Origin: Tubulanus polymorphus
Taxonomy: Eukaryota; Animalia; Nemertea
Assembly: GCF_964204645.1 (NCBI RefSeq)
Contig: NC_134030.1
Coordinates: 15,562,110-15,626,109, forward strand
Length of the DNA: 64,000 nucleotides
Direction: 5' to 3'
Below, piece after piece: positions 63,201 to 64,000 of the stretch (position 1 is the stretch's first letter; every line of letters starts with the position of its first letter). The notes under the pieces are model-generated. The model was not told the DNA's origin, ran no database searches, and worked only from the letters and a program-made list of their open reading frames with translations. A program made the position numbers and the translations under genes.

Positions 63201-64000
63201 ATTATTTGAAAAATCTATAAGAGGAGGTGTTTCAGGTGTATTGGGTGATAGATATTTCAATGTAAATGATAATCCTGGATATAAATTATTATACATAGAT
63301 GCAAATAATCTTTATGGTTGGGCAATGATGGAACCACAACCTTATGGGATGTTTGAAATAACTGAAGTTTTACAAATTGATAAATTTGATTGGAAGAAAA
63401 GAATTCTAGATATTGCAGATGGTTCAGATACTGGTTACTTCTTTGTTGTAGATTTAGAATACCCTGAAAATATTAAATTCAAATCTAGAAATCTAGCATA
63501 TTGTCCCGAACATAAAACTGTTAAACATGAAGAATTATCAAATTATCAAAAAAGAATTAAACCCGATAATCATATTCATACTGAAAAGTTAATGGTAACT
63601 CAAGAAGATACATATAATTATGTAGTACATTATAGAATGTTGAAGTTTTATTTGAGACAAGGAATGATATTAAAAAAAGTACATAGATATATTTCATTCA
63701 GTCAATCTAAATGGTTAAAAAAATATATAGATTTTAATACTACACAGAGAACTAAATCTAAAACTGATTTTGAAAAAGATTTTTTTAAGTTAATGAATAA
63801 TGCATTCTATGGTAAGACTTGTGAAAATATTAGAAATAGAAATGATATTGAGTTAGTTAGTAATGGTAAAAGGATAAGGCATTTACAATCATATCCTAAG
63901 TTTATAGGTAACAGAATATTTGATGAAAATTTAGCTGCAGTTAAAATGAGGAGAACGTCTATTAAATTCAATAAACCTATATTTATTGGTTCGACTGTTT
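60255..64000 (+). mobile_element. Maverick/Polinton element E, inserted in D; runs off the window
   Basis: AGTAATAGGGG terminus with 268-bp hairpin (60255-60522) followed by pPolB. Confidence 0.92.
60588..64000 (+). pseudogene. polB: pPolB of element E (stop and frameshifts in the 5' half; incomplete at the window edge)
   Basis: ZnF, OTU-like, ExoI, EndoVII, motif A YIDANNLYGWAM and motif B KLMNNAFYGK visible. Confidence 0.92.

Noticed and set aside
23755-64000. Frameshifts and stops as programmed recoding or an alternative genetic code
   Set aside because: Lesions fall at different positions in each copy and involve all three stop codons and indels, consistent with decay or homopolymer sequencing errors.
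12588-64000. Free viral or prokaryotic (casposon/phage) origin of the contig
   Set aside because: The elements are embedded in satellite, Helentron and LINE remnants, use an rve-chromodomain integrase rather than Cas1, and are pseudogenised, indicating endogenous eukaryotic copies.

Overview
Repeat-only (heterochromatin-like) eukaryotic DNA, most likely from an invertebrate animal (inferred from the repeat types); no host gene is recognisable. Bases 1-12587 are a 31-bp hairpin-forming satellite (consensus GAATTGTCGCGGGCGACAAAACCAAAATAAT) with higher-order repeats. It is interrupted by two copies of a non-autonomous Helentron (HINE) and by a short unique block holding a decayed LINE RT fragment. 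The rest is a cluster of five very AT-rich Maverick/Polinton-type endogenous DNA viruses. A (12588-28053) retains both 533-bp TIRs and sits in the satellite. B (~29390-34924) is a divergent partial copy. C (from 36359), D (from 52280) and E (from 60255) are nested one inside the other. They encode protein-primed PolB (ZnF/OTU-like/EndoVII inserts), chromodomain integrase, packaging ATPase, major and minor capsid proteins, an HNH nuclease and several membrane proteins; most genes are broken. Main highlights: (1) a LAGLIDADG-bearing intein at the YFD/TDS motif C of the element B polymerase, with empty alleles nearby and B-like sequence in E just upstream of that site; (2) ~190-270 bp imperfect terminal hairpins whose arms co-vary between copies; (3) an ATAAATG (poxvirus-late-promoter-like) motif at most gene starts; (4) TIRs that give one zinc-finger N-terminus to two different proteins; (5) a hypervariable penton core. 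Together these suggest, as a hypothesis, a recombining Polinton-like virus with hairpin ends that may depend on a large cytoplasmic DNA virus.
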